Shown here in pieces: positions 39,295 through 49,800 of a DNA stretch of 64,000 bases. The DNA is taken from contig CAVRCF010000002.1 of NCBI GenBank assembly GCA_963719505.1, positions 320,001 to 384,000 of the forward strand. The letters are read 5' to 3'. The DNA is from Halobacteriovoraceae bacterium (GTDB taxonomy: Bacteria; Bdellovibrionota; Bacteriovoracia; Bacteriovoracales; Bacteriovoracaceae). How positions within the stretch are numbered: the first letter of the stretch is position 1; each line of letters begins with the position of its first letter. A program made the position numbers and the translations under genes. Under the pieces are notes generated by a model. The model was not told where the DNA came from. It ran no database searches and saw only the letters and a program-made list of their open reading frames with translations.

Positions 39295-41280
39295 TTAAGA
39301 GTTTGTATTAAAATCAATCTGAACTTGCTTAAAACGTCCGTCTCCAACAGATGTACTTTTAAAATCACCCTCTTTTTCTACGTATTGATGAATGATTCTT
39401 CTCTCTGCTGGATTGAGTTTTTTCGTTAGCACAGCTGCTTTTTTCTCTTTCACTTCGCTTATCACAGTCTGAGCGATTTTATGAAGTTGAGCTTCCATAT
39501 TTGGGTTTTTCTCTCTTCTATTATTTGTTGGACGTTTACGGTCAGATTTTGGTTTGTCACCATCTTCTGTTCTCCAAGAGATTCTTGTGTTGCTGGCCAT
39601 CGAAACTTTATTGCGAAGATACTGCATTGATACTTCTTTGATCGCGTTGTGAAGAGCAAACTTTCCTTTGGCCAACTCTTTAGCATCTGTTCCCGAGAAG
39701 GTTACCGAAACATTTGGTTCTCTATAGCTCACATCAACAAAGACTCTCAGGTCCATTTTCTTAAAAAGATTTATAAGAAAAGGAAGAAGAATTTTTCTGT
39801 AGATGGGTTGAACTTTAAATTTGTACTGAGTCTTGCTAGGTCCAAAGATAATGAATTTCTTTTTCCCTTTGCCAACAACTTCGTGCTCAAGAATTGATTC
39901 TTCATTAATATAAAAGTATTCAAGAGCTTTCTCTTTTGCTTCTTCTAAGGAATAAGTCGAAACATTGAAAAATCTTTCATAGATCTTAACTTCTTTCGCT
40001 GGAGAATCTTCTCTTTTTGCTTTGGTTTTCGTTTTTTCAGTTCTAGGTTTTTTATCCATACTTTTTTCTCTCGCTTTATCGTTTGTCTTTTTATTCTCAT
40101 AAGGTTTGAGAGTTTTACTATCTATTCTTGGACGTTTTACAATATCAGTTGCAAAGTCTTCATCTTCTATATCTGCTTTTGGTATTTGCATACCGATGTA
40201 CTGGGTAATGGCTTCAAAGTTTTCTGAGTCATCATAACCACAAAAACCGACAGCTAGTCCCGACTTTCCAGCACGCCCTGTTCGCCCGATTCTGTGGACA
40301 TAGTTTGGTGCCTCATGCGGCATGTCCCAGTTGACGACCAAGTTAACATCTTTAATATCTAGGCCTCTCGCTGCAACATCAGTACAGACAAGAATATTTA
40401 TTTTTTTATCTCTAAAGTCTTGAAGAAGACGAGTTCTTTTACTTTGAGGAAGTCGTCCAGAGATTGGCTCGACTTTAAAGTCCATCTGTCCCAACCAAAT
40501 CGCAACAAGTGAAGTCATATACTGAGTATTACAGAAAATAATAGCGTAGTTGTCTTCATTTTTACGAAGAAGGTTAACCAAATAGGGCATCTTTTCTTCT
40601 TCACTTATCATCGCCACTTTTTGATTGATATTATCCACTGTCAAACTGTCTTCATTGAGTTTGACTTCCTCTGGAAGAGAGCCAAACTTATAAGCCGTTC
40701 TAAAAATTTCTTGATTATTTGTCGCCGAAACCATGATGAGTTGTCGTGACTCTTTTACTGATCTAAGAACAAATTCATTGTCTTTATTAAAGCCCATCTC
40801 AAAGAGTCGATCCGCTTCATCAAAGATGACGCAATTACAGTTTTTCGCTTTTATAACTTTTTGTTTGATGAGGTCACATATTCGCCCTGGAGTTCCAACG
40901 ATAATGCGGGCCCCTTTTTCGATAAATTCTTTTTGTTTTTCTGCACTCTCTCCACCGATGACACTAACAGAGTGAATACCTAGAGGTTCACCAAAGTCTG
41001 AAAAGACTTTGTGAGTTTGCTGTGCAAGTTCACGTGTAGGACTTAAGACAATATAAATATCGTCATTATTTTTCCTAAGAATTTGTTCAAGAACTGGAAT
41101 TGCAAAGGCTCCCGTTTTCCCACTACCTGTTTCTGCTTGTGCAAAAATATCTTTATCAGCAAGAATAATAGGTATGGTTAATTCTTGAATAGGAGAGGCG
41201 TTTTCAAAACCTAATGCTTTTAGGCTTCCAATAAGTTTTTCGTTTAAGTTAAATTCAGTAAAGGCTGCTGATGTTTCGAT
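39295..41280 (-). CDS. DEAD-box RNA helicase fused to Jag/EloR (Jag_N, KH-like, R3H) domains
   Basis: Q motif, AETGSGKT, PTRELA, TPGR, DEAD, SAT, ARGLD, HRIGRTGR; then Jag_N 'SLEEAKEKAL…EVVGKGKKKFIIFG' and R3H 'LNPAERRIIH'. The ORF track starts at 41376; a start at ATC 41280 is inferred. Confidence 0.88.
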   Translation of the reverse strand: METSAAFTEFNLNEKLIGSLKALGFENASPIQELTIPIILADKDIFAQAETGSGKTGAFAIPVLEQILRKNNDDIYIVLSPTRELAQQTHKVFSDFGEPLGIHSVSVIGGESAEKQKEFIEKGARIIVGTPGRICDLIKQKVIKAKNCNCVIFDEADRLFEMGFNKDNEFVLRSVKESRQLIMVSATNNQEIFRTAYKFGSLPEEVKLNEDSLTVDNINQKVAMISEEEKMPYLVNLLRKNEDNYAIIFCNTQYMTSLVAIWLGQMDFKVEPISGRLPQSKRTRLLQDFRDKKINILVCTDVAARGLDIKDVNLVVNWDMPHEAPNYVHRIGRTGRAGKSGLAVGFCGYDDSENFEAITQYIGMQIPKADIEDEDFATDIVKRPRIDSKTLKPYENKKTNDKAREKSMDKKPRTEKTKTKAKREDSPAKEVKIYERFFNVSTYSLEEAKEKALEYFYINEESILEHEVVGKGKKKFIIFGPSKTQYKFKVQPIYRKILLPFLINLFKKMDLRVFVDVSYREPNVSVTFSGTDAKELAKGKFALHNAIKEVSMQYLRNKVSMASNTRISWRTEDGDKPKSDRKRPTNNRREKNPNMEAQLHKIAQTVISEVKEKKAAVLTKKLNPAERRIIHQYVEKEGDFKSTSVGDGRFKQVQIDFNTNS

Positions 41281-41424
41281 AGTTCTCTCGTTTGTGTTAA
41301 TTATTAAAGGGTTACAGTAGCAAAAACTGAGTGATTTAGACAATGTTTTCTTCCATTGATTTTTGCTTCGCAACATCTAACCTTTGGACTAATCAAAGCG
41401 TACTTTTAAAGCTATTCTCAATGA

Positions 41425-43185
41425 ATGTACAAATTAAGGGGCTATCAAAAAGATGCCGTGAGTCAGACAATTAAATACTTTCAAAAGAAAAGACAACCGG
41501 CTGTCATTGTTTTGCCAACAGGAGCTGGTAAGAGTTTAGTTATCGCAGAGCTTGCTAAGCTTGCTTTGGGACGAGTGCTTGTTTTGGCCCACGTCAAAGA
41601 GCTGGTAGAGCAAAACCATGCAAAATTTGAAAGCTATGGATTGAGTGCTGGTATTTATTCAGCAGGGCTGAATAAAAAAGAGAGCTCGCATAAGGTTATC
41701 TTTGGCAGTATTCAATCTGTTGCCCGAGCGCAGGAGGACTTTTTCGAAAACTTCAGTCTGCTCGTTATTGATGAGTGCCATCGGGTTGGCCTAGAGCCAG
41801 ACACGCAGTATCGATCAGTGATTGATAAACTTAAAAAGCTAAACCCAGAACTTTGTGTTCTCGGACTCACCGCAACACCATATCGTTTAGGTCTTGGTTG
41901 GATTTTTAATTTTGATGCTGAGGGCTCAACTTTGACAAACGAGTCGCGCTTTTTTAGCCAGTGCATTTTTGAACTTCCCCTGGAATACATGATTGAAAAT
42001 AAATTTCTCACTCCACCAATCAAAGTTGATATCCCGGTGACTTGTTATGACTTTTCAGAACTTGTGCAAGATGGTCAAAAGTTTAAAATTAAAGACATTG
42101 AGAGACTTCTCAAGGAGCAAAGAAGTTTAACTCCTCTTATCGTGAAAAATATTATCGACATAACGACTGTCTATAAGAGGCAAGGAGTGATGATCTTTTG
42201 CTCAACGATCAAGCACGCGAAAGAAATTGTTGATTGTCTTCCTAAAGGTGAGGCAAAACTTGTTATAGGAGATACAGATTCTAGTGAGAGGTATCAGATT
42301 ATAGAGAGCTTCAAGCAAAGGCAATTTAAATACCTGGTGAATGTGTCTGTTCTCACAACAGGTTTTGATGCCCCTCATGTCGACGTCATAGCCATCTTGC
42401 GTCCAACGGAATCGGTGAGTTTGTATCAGCAGATTATTGGTCGAGGCCTAAGATTGTCAGCTTCGAAGAAGGACTGCTATGTTCTCGACTATGCAGGAAT
42501 GGGACATAATATCTATAGACCAACTGTGAAAGATAAAAGACCCAAACCAGAATCAGTCAGAGTGCGAGTTAAATGTCCTCAGTGTTGTTTTATAAATACT
42601 TTTTGGGGAATTAAAAACCTTGATGGAGAAGTCGTTGAACACTTTGGAAGAACTTGTCGAGGGGGAACTAAAGATGCTCTGAGCTTCGAAGTTAAGCCTT
42701 GTGGGTACCGTTTTCGTTTTAAGATTTGTGATAAGTGTTTTCATCAAAATGATATGATGGCCAAAGAGTGTGAAAGTTGCCATCATGAACTCATCGACTC
42801 AGATGCCAAACTCAAACAAGCAAAACTTTCTAAAGACTCCCACGTCTTAACACCGGAGACATTTATTTTTGATCAAGGGGTGGATGATGAGGGGAGTGAG
42901 TACCTCGAAATTAGATACTACGATTTTAATGGTGATTTTTTAAAAGAAACTCACTACCTTCAAGAAGAAGTAGACAGGCAAAGGTTTGAGATTAATTTTT
43001 TGCGCTCACACAAAAAAATCCCTGAATTTAAGTTTCATTTTTTAAATCCTCAAGACGTCATAAAGAAACAAGGTCTTTTTCGACAGCCCTCTTTTATTAT
43101 TGGGCGAAAGAAGGGGAAAGAGTGGAGAATTACAGAAAAGATTTTTGCAGAAGGACTAGGTAAGATTAAGCCCCAATTTGAATAA
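41425..43185 (+). CDS. radD: DNA repair SF2 helicase RadD (YejH)
   Basis: LPTGAGKS, DECH, GLTATP, LTTGFDAP and QIIGRGLR motifs; C-terminal Cys zinc finger. Confidence 0.9.
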   Translation: MYKLRGYQKDAVSQTIKYFQKKRQPAVIVLPTGAGKSLVIAELAKLALGRVLVLAHVKELVEQNHAKFESYGLSAGIYSAGLNKKESSHKVIFGSIQSVARAQEDFFENFSLLVIDECHRVGLEPDTQYRSVIDKLKKLNPELCVLGLTATPYRLGLGWIFNFDAEGSTLTNESRFFSQCIFELPLEYMIENKFLTPPIKVDIPVTCYDFSELVQDGQKFKIKDIERLLKEQRSLTPLIVKNIIDITTVYKRQGVMIFCSTIKHAKEIVDCLPKGEAKLVIGDTDSSERYQIIESFKQRQFKYLVNVSVLTTGFDAPHVDVIAILRPTESVSLYQQIIGRGLRLSASKKDCYVLDYAGMGHNIYRPTVKDKRPKPESVRVRVKCPQCCFINTFWGIKNLDGEVVEHFGRTCRGGTKDALSFEVKPCGYRFRFKICDKCFHQNDMMAKECESCHHELIDSDAKLKQAKLSKDSHVLTPETFIFDQGVDDEGSEYLEIRYYDFNGDFLKETHYLQEEVDRQRFEINFLRSHKKIPEFKFHFLNPQDVIKKQGLFRQPSFIIGRKKGKEWRITEKIFAEGLGKIKPQFE

Positions 43186-43245
43186 CGCACTGTCTTTTGG
43201 GCGATTTATTTTGATTTAGTGGATGAGTAAATATATAAATTCTCT

Positions 43246-46041
43246 ATGATAAAACTACTTTTAATTTTCTTAGTGAGCTTAAGCTCTTACGGTCAAGCTA
43301 TTGACTACTCTCAAAGCTCTTCCGATATATCCTGGAAAACAATTTCAAATGACTTTGTAAAACTCATCTATCCAGATTACCTAAAGGATGATTCCGTTTA
43401 TCTGGCTAACCTTATTGAACATTACTCAAAAGATGTTGGTCAAAGCTACCAAATAGAGAGGCCAGAACAGATTACTGTTATTATTAGACCAGAGACTTCT
43501 CAGCCAAATGGATTTGTGACTCTTGGGCCAAGGCGAAGTGAGTGGTTTTCAAGTTCAATGTACTCGCCATTTCTCGGTGGACTCGAATGGTATCAAGCTC
43601 TTTCCATTCACGAATATCGACATGTTCTCCAATACGACTATTCGAGAAAAGGTATTATTAAATTTTTAGATCTTGCCCTAGGGGACAGTGGCTATAGTGC
43701 GGGGTTATTCCTAGGACTTCCATCTTGGTTTTTTGAAGGTGATGCTGTTTGGGCCGAGACAAAGTATACCGATGCAGGACGAGGAAGGTCTCCTCGATTT
43801 TTAGCGCGTTTAAAATCATTGATTAAAGGTCATGATATTCCAAGCTATGACGAATTTCTTGGAGGCAGTTTTAATAGACCGCTTCCTAATCACTACGTCT
43901 ACGGCTATATCTTAGTCTCAAGTGCCACAAAGAGGTTTGGTGATGACTTTTGGCAAAAGGTTATCAAGTACGTTGCCGATTTTCCTCATCCCTATAGAAT
44001 CTACAGCGGAATAGAGAAATTTTCTGGGATGGAATTTGAAGACTTTTACAATGAGACAATGAATGAGCTCAAAGATGAGTGGCAAGGTTCTCAAAAGTCA
44101 GAAGATAAGAAGTATTCAGATATAAAGTTTCCCACCATGATTGATGGAGAGTTGATTTCTGTTGTTTATGATCTTGATCATTATTGGAGCCTTTACAGAG
44201 GAGACAAAAAATTAACTGAAATCCCTTTTTCAAATGATTTAACCCGAATGAGCTTCTCAAAAAAGAATGCCGTTTATAATCAGTATCTGCCTTCTCCAAG
44301 ATTTGACTATAAAGAGAGTTCAGATCTTATCTTAGTCGATCTAAAAAGCGCAGAGACAAAAAAAATCACTGATGGCTTAAGACTTTATAATCCTTCTTTT
44401 AATCGATCTGGAGATAAAATTCTAGCAACTTTATTTGATGAAGAAAATAACTGGTCGATTGCCGAATTTAATCTCGAAGGTGAGAGGACTAAAAAGTGGT
44501 TTTTTAAAGATTTAAAAATTGCAGAGTCTCACTATATTGGAGATGAGTCGGCCGTCGCTGTTGTGATTAATAAAATTGGTGAAAAAAGTATTGTCAGATT
44601 TGACTTAAACTCTAAAAAGACAAATCTAGAAACACTTCTTCCATTTTCTCGAAACACAATTTTCAATCTTAATATTACCAAAGAAGAGGATATTTTGTTT
44701 GAAGCCCAAAAAAATGGTGTTGTTGATATCTTTAGATTTTCCCCCTCTGGCGTCCTTTCTCAGTGTACACAAGCAAGTATTATGGCGACAACGCCCTCTT
44801 CAGATGGAGAATTCCTTTATTTTAGTGACCAAGTTGAAAATGGATCTGTGGTGGGAAAGACTCTTCTTTCAAATTGTAAAGAAGTGAGTGTTAATGAAAT
44901 TATAGATTATAAATATTTAGGAAAGAATAGTTCAGATGCTTACAATGACTTCAAGCTAGAGAAGTTTCCAAATTTTGCAGATCTTGTCACCCAAGACGAT
45001 GATCGATATAAAGCTGAAGACTACGGCCATATTGACTCTAGACTTTTCGTTCCTCACTCTTGGAACTTTTTTGGGGGGAATGGTTTCCAGCTTTCAACTC
45101 AAACAGATAATTACCTAAGAACTTTATCTCTTGGAGCCACTATTGGAGAGGATGGATCTGAAAACGTTAATTACTCCGAGTTTACTTTGGCCTTTAAAAA
45201 ATACTATCCTATCTTCGCTCTTTCTGCAGGTGCTCGAAATAGAAGTCTCAACCCAATAGGTTTTTCGAATTCTTTGTCATGGGAGGAGAAGTCTGCACAG
45301 CTCAATATAGTCATTCCATATATCTACTCTTTTGGACTTTTTAACTTTGGCTCTCAACTGGTCCTAAGCGGTGGGTATCTCGATGCTTCGGACTATAAGT
45401 ATAATGATGAAAGTATTGAAAGAGAGTCAAGCTACTTTTACACGAGCTCTGTGACTGCTTCATTTAAGCTGTCTAAGAGTTTAAATGCTCGTTCTATTCA
45501 ATCGCCACTGGAAGTTGGATACACGGTTAAATACGACGACCTTGACAGTCAAAAAGTAGAGGCGCACTCATCTTATAGACTCTTTCAAAACCTTGATGTA
45601 AAGGTGCCGGGATTTTTTCTCCATGATGGTTTCAAGTTAGAGTTACAAGAAGAGAGACATAAAGAGGATAGAGCTGCTTACCTCATTTCACCTTCTACAA
45701 CAGATCCAACCGAGAATATTTTTTCAAGAGGTTATGGATATGAAAGTTTCGCTAAGTATTCTAAAGCTTCTTTGAATTATGTTTTTACACTTGGATATCC
45801 AGATTACAATCTTTGGAATTTCGCTTACACAAAAAGGGTTGTGACAAATCTCTTTTTTGATTCAACAAGACTCGATCTTATTGAGCGGGAAAAAACCTTA
45901 AACAGCTTGGGCTCAGAGGTAGAGTTTGAGACTATGTTTTTTAGATTAATTCAGCTCAATTGGGGAATAAGATACTCTTATCGACTCAGAGATAGTGAAA
46001 GCGTCGGTGAGCTCTATTTTGCTAGTGATCTCTCTTTTTAA
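43246..46041 (+). CDS. Outer-membrane protein: gluzincin-like domain, beta-propeller and C-terminal beta-barrel
   Basis: Signal peptide, HEYRH…WFFEGDA, TolB-like repeats (LYNPSF, TPSSDG), barrel strands, terminal Phe. Confidence 0.7.
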   Translation: MIKLLLIFLVSLSSYGQAIDYSQSSSDISWKTISNDFVKLIYPDYLKDDSVYLANLIEHYSKDVGQSYQIERPEQITVIIRPETSQPNGFVTLGPRRSEWFSSSMYSPFLGGLEWYQALSIHEYRHVLQYDYSRKGIIKFLDLALGDSGYSAGLFLGLPSWFFEGDAVWAETKYTDAGRGRSPRFLARLKSLIKGHDIPSYDEFLGGSFNRPLPNHYVYGYILVSSATKRFGDDFWQKVIKYVADFPHPYRIYSGIEKFSGMEFEDFYNETMNELKDEWQGSQKSEDKKYSDIKFPTMIDGELISVVYDLDHYWSLYRGDKKLTEIPFSNDLTRMSFSKKNAVYNQYLPSPRFDYKESSDLILVDLKSAETKKITDGLRLYNPSFNRSGDKILATLFDEENNWSIAEFNLEGERTKKWFFKDLKIAESHYIGDESAVAVVINKIGEKSIVRFDLNSKKTNLETLLPFSRNTIFNLNITKEEDILFEAQKNGVVDIFRFSPSGVLSQCTQASIMATTPSSDGEFLYFSDQVENGSVVGKTLLSNCKEVSVNEIIDYKYLGKNSSDAYNDFKLEKFPNFADLVTQDDDRYKAEDYGHIDSRLFVPHSWNFFGGNGFQLSTQTDNYLRTLSLGATIGEDGSENVNYSEFTLAFKKYYPIFALSAGARNRSLNPIGFSNSLSWEEKSAQLNIVIPYIYSFGLFNFGSQLVLSGGYLDASDYKYNDESIERESSYFYTSSVTASFKLSKSLNARSIQSPLEVGYTVKYDDLDSQKVEAHSSYRLFQNLDVKVPGFFLHDGFKLELQEERHKEDRAAYLISPSTTDPTENIFSRGYGYESFAKYSKASLNYVFTLGYPDYNLWNFAYTKRVVTNLFFDSTRLDLIEREKTLNSLGSEVEFETMFFRLIQLNWGIRYSYRLRDSESVGELYFASDLSF

Positions 46042-46223
46042 AAGGGAGATAGGTTTTTACTATGGTTATAGCTTATATTTACCTTAATAAAAATTTAGGT
46101 TGTGTAACTCTTTCATATCAAGTGAATTGATTGTTACATATTTGGTTTTAACATATGTCTGCATCTTGATTTGTGAAACAACTATGGTATTTAATCATCT
46201 TAGATGAATTTAGAGGAGTCGGG

Positions 46224-46538
46224 ATGAATACCACGGATGTTTTATTATCAAACCCAAGCACAAGAAAAATTGTCTTTTTCTTTGTCGAAAACTTACCCAA
46301 AAGAGTTGGGTCAATAAGGCTAGACCTTGAATCTGAGTCTAGAATTGAGTTGAGAAATCATGCCCATGAACTCAAGGGGACTGCCGCATCTTTTGGTTTT
46401 ATGGATATTTCCGACCTTGCTTCTGAGTTAGAAACACAAGCCGAAAGTAGCTCTTATGAGTCTCTTGAAAAATACCTTCGTAAAATGGAACTTTTATCTA
46501 TTGAAGTATGTAGTAGTTTTGAAAATAGGATTCATTAG
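46224..46538 (+). CDS. Stand-alone Hpt phosphotransfer protein
   Basis: AHELKGTAASFG motif. ATG 46224 follows the SD gaggag. Confidence 0.88.
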   Translation: MNTTDVLLSNPSTRKIVFFFVENLPKRVGSIRLDLESESRIELRNHAHELKGTAASFGFMDISDLASELETQAESSSYESLEKYLRKMELLSIEVCSSFENRIH

Positions 46539-46803
46539 AACAACCCCTTCGCTTTTAGACTTTTTGCTTTCAGGGCAATTAAGGAAATTTAACTTAATGC
46601 GGCGCCAAAGTTCCCTTTACGGAAGCTTTATCACTATGCTAATCTTTATCAAAGTTTATTGAAGTCGAATCTAGGCTGATGCGAAAACTAAACGAATATA
46701 CGGTGCCCGGGCACAGGTATAAAGCTCTCGATAATTCTCAAAGCTTCTTTCCACTTTTTACACGATAAATATATAACGGCTTTTGGCTTAGGTTTGTAAA
46801 AAT

Positions 46804-49800
46804 ATGTCACAACGAGAAACTCATTCAAAAGATAATTTAAAGACTTCAACTCCTATTGTCGCCGTTGGTGCTTCTGCTGGTGGACTTGACGCTTTTCAAA
46901 AATTTCTGAGTCATTTACCTAGTGATTCAGGCATGGCTTTTGTTTTAATTCAACATTTAGATCCAAATCATAAAACCATGATGCCTGACATTCTTAGTAG
47001 CTCTACCAATATGAAGATTGAAGAGGTTAAAAGTAAGGTTGAGATTAAAAAAAATCATATTTATTTTATAGCGCCCAATTCAACTTTAACAATTGATGGA
47101 AAGTTTCTTGTTTCACAAAAGCCAAAACAGGCCCATGGCCACAGATTGCCCATTGATATTTTCTTTCAGTCTCTTGCCGAAAATAAAAAGTCAGATGCTA
47201 TTGGTGTTATTTTATCAGGGACAGGTTCTGATGGTTCAATAGGTATAAAGGCTATTAAAGAGGCTGGGGGATTAACCTTTGCTCAGGATTTAGAGTCATC
47301 CAAATATGATAATATGCCTCGTTCCGCTGTTGCAACTGGGATGGTTGACTTTGTAATGGATATACAGTCTATGTCAGAGCATCTGGTTGATTATGTTAAT
47401 CATAAACTGAACTCTGATCATGAAAGATCAACTCCCTCTGATGAGGCAAAGGTGATCCTTCATGATGTTTGTCGACATCTTCATCGCCACCTCAATCACG
47501 ACTTTTCAAAATATAAAGAAAACACATTGTTGAGACGGATCCATCGTCGAATGCAAATGCGCCAGCTAGATTCTGGAGCGGACTATTTAGCAGTAGTAAA
47601 ACAAAATAAAGAAGAAGCAAAAGCACTGTTGAATGATTTTTTAATAGGTGTTACCTATTTTTTTAGAGATGCAGAAGTTTTTAAATATCTTAAATCGGAT
47701 GTCATTCCGGAAATTTTGAAAAAGAACAAAGATCTCGTGAGACTTTGGGTTCCAGGCTGTGCCTCTGGTGAAGAAGCTTATAGTCTTGCTATTTTACTTA
47801 AAGAAGTAATGGATGAGTTAGATGTTGATCCCAAAAGTACAGATTTTTGGAACAGATCTTGATGAAAGAAGTGTTGCGACGGCCAGAGCCGGACTTTATA
47901 GTGAAGGAATTGCCGAGCATGTAAGTCCAAAAAGACTAAAGCGTTTTTTTGATAGAGTCGGAAATAATTATGAAGTGGGTAAGTCACTCAGAGAAATGTG
48001 TCTCTTTTCAAAGCACGACCTCCTGCAAGATCCTCCCTTTGCAAAAATTGATTTAGTTTCATGTCGAAACCTTTTGATTTATTTTGGACCAGAGTTACAA
48101 GTCAATGTTATGGCTTTGTTCACATACTCGGTCAAAAATAATGGATTCTTACTTTTAGGCCCGACAGAATCTATGAGGGGCGAGAACAGTCAGTTTGAAT
48201 GCATAAATAAAGAATACAAGGTTTTCAAAAACTTGAACTCTTACTATCTACCAAAAATTAATTTCCCTTTGAAGTTTACGGGTATTACAAAGACAGATTC
48301 TGTAACCAGTAACTCTCAAGAGCCAAATCAATTTAGACAGCACAATAGTTTCAGTCAGCAAGTCGACAATCTTATTTTAAGAAAACATATCCCGGCTCAT
48401 GTTATTATTGATAAAAACTTTGATGTTCAATTCTTTTCACATAATCTAGAAGGCTTGATCATTCCTTCAAAAGGTGTTCCTTCAAATAATCTTGTCCAAG
48501 TTATCGAGCCTTCTTTACGAGTGGAGCTTAGGTCGCTTCTGTCAAAGGCCTCTCGAGAGTCGAAACCCGTTAAGAAAGAGAGAATCCTATTTAGAGATGG
48601 TGAAAAACACTTCCACTTAACGATTACAATAGAGCTACTTTCTGAAGAGGAAGGACTCGAAAATTTTTTTCTCGTTGTTTTTGACAAGGTGAAGGTTAAG
48701 AAAAAAACTGTGGAGACAGGAAACTCTTTGGTCACAAGTGGCGATGTAGACTCAAAAGAAGTTGAGCATTTACAGGCTGAAATAAGAAGTATGAAGGAGC
48801 AACTACGCTCAACAGTAGAAGACTTAGAGCATGCCAACGAAGATTTAAAAAGTTCAAATGAAGAACTCTTATCTCTTAATGAAGAGATGCAATCGGGAAA
48901 TGAAGAGTTACAAACCTCCCACGAAGAAATGCAGTCAGTGAATGAGGAGTTGGAAACTGTTAATATGGAACTTTCCACAAAGGTTGTTCAGTTAGATGCT
49001 GCTAATAGTGACTTAGAAAACTTATTTAGAAGCACTGAAATTGCAACCATATTCTTAGATAATAATTTGAGAATAAAAAGATATACTCCAAGAGCAAAAG
49101 CAATTTTCAATTTTATAGAAAGTGATCTTAATAGGCCCCTTACAGACCTAGCCTTTACTTTTGAAGGCTATGATATTGAAAAAGAACTATTTGAGGTCGT
49201 GAGACTACTTGTCTCAAAAGTTCAAACAGTGAAGATGAGTAAAACCAATAAATGGTTTAAACTTCAAATGCACCCCTATAAAACGATAAATAATGTTATT
49301 GAAGGTGCTATCATTTCTCTTCATGAAATAACTGAGCTCAAAGAGGCAGAAAAGGAATTAAGCGACAGACTGTCTCAGCAGGTTTCCGTAGCGGACTTTG
49401 GATTTAAAGCTCTCTCCAACGAAATGGAGCTTTCAAGACTTAAAAAGCACGCCGTTCGAATTCTCAAAGAGACATTGAGAGTTGACTTCACCAAGATATT
49501 AGAACTTTCTGATTCGGGGACCAGTTTACTGCTCGTAGAAGGTCTCGGCTGGAATTTTAATGAGGGCGATGAAGTCAGAGTAGGAGTTCAGCTCGAATCT
49601 CAAGCAGGTTATACTTTGCATTCTAAATACCCAGTTCTCGTTGATGATCTTTTAGTGGAGAAACGTTTCCAAGGCCCTCCACTTCTTACAGACCATGGAG
49701 TGCGAAGCGGAATTAGTGTCACGATTAAAGGTCAAAGTGGTAAAGCGTATGGTGTTTTGGGCGTACACTCTAGAACAGCCCATCATCTTTCTGAGCAAGA

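Noticed and set aside
46560-46730. Possible c-di-GMP-I riboswitch (cagggcaa…gcgccaaag) and palindrome gtgcccgggcac upstream of cheBR
   Set aside because: No GNRA-capped P2 stem or receptor motif could be built, and the palindrome alone is not enough.
47830-47837. CCCAAAA slippery site in the CheB-CheR gene
   Set aside because: The needed shift is +1, not -1, and it falls mid-way through the CheR catalytic domain.
48427-48978. Long antisense ORFs (e.g. 48427-48978, 1998-2390, 12632-13069, 33326-33727, 59903-60247, 57644-57973)
   Set aside because: They are shadows of well-supported genes on the opposite strand and show no recognisable motifs.
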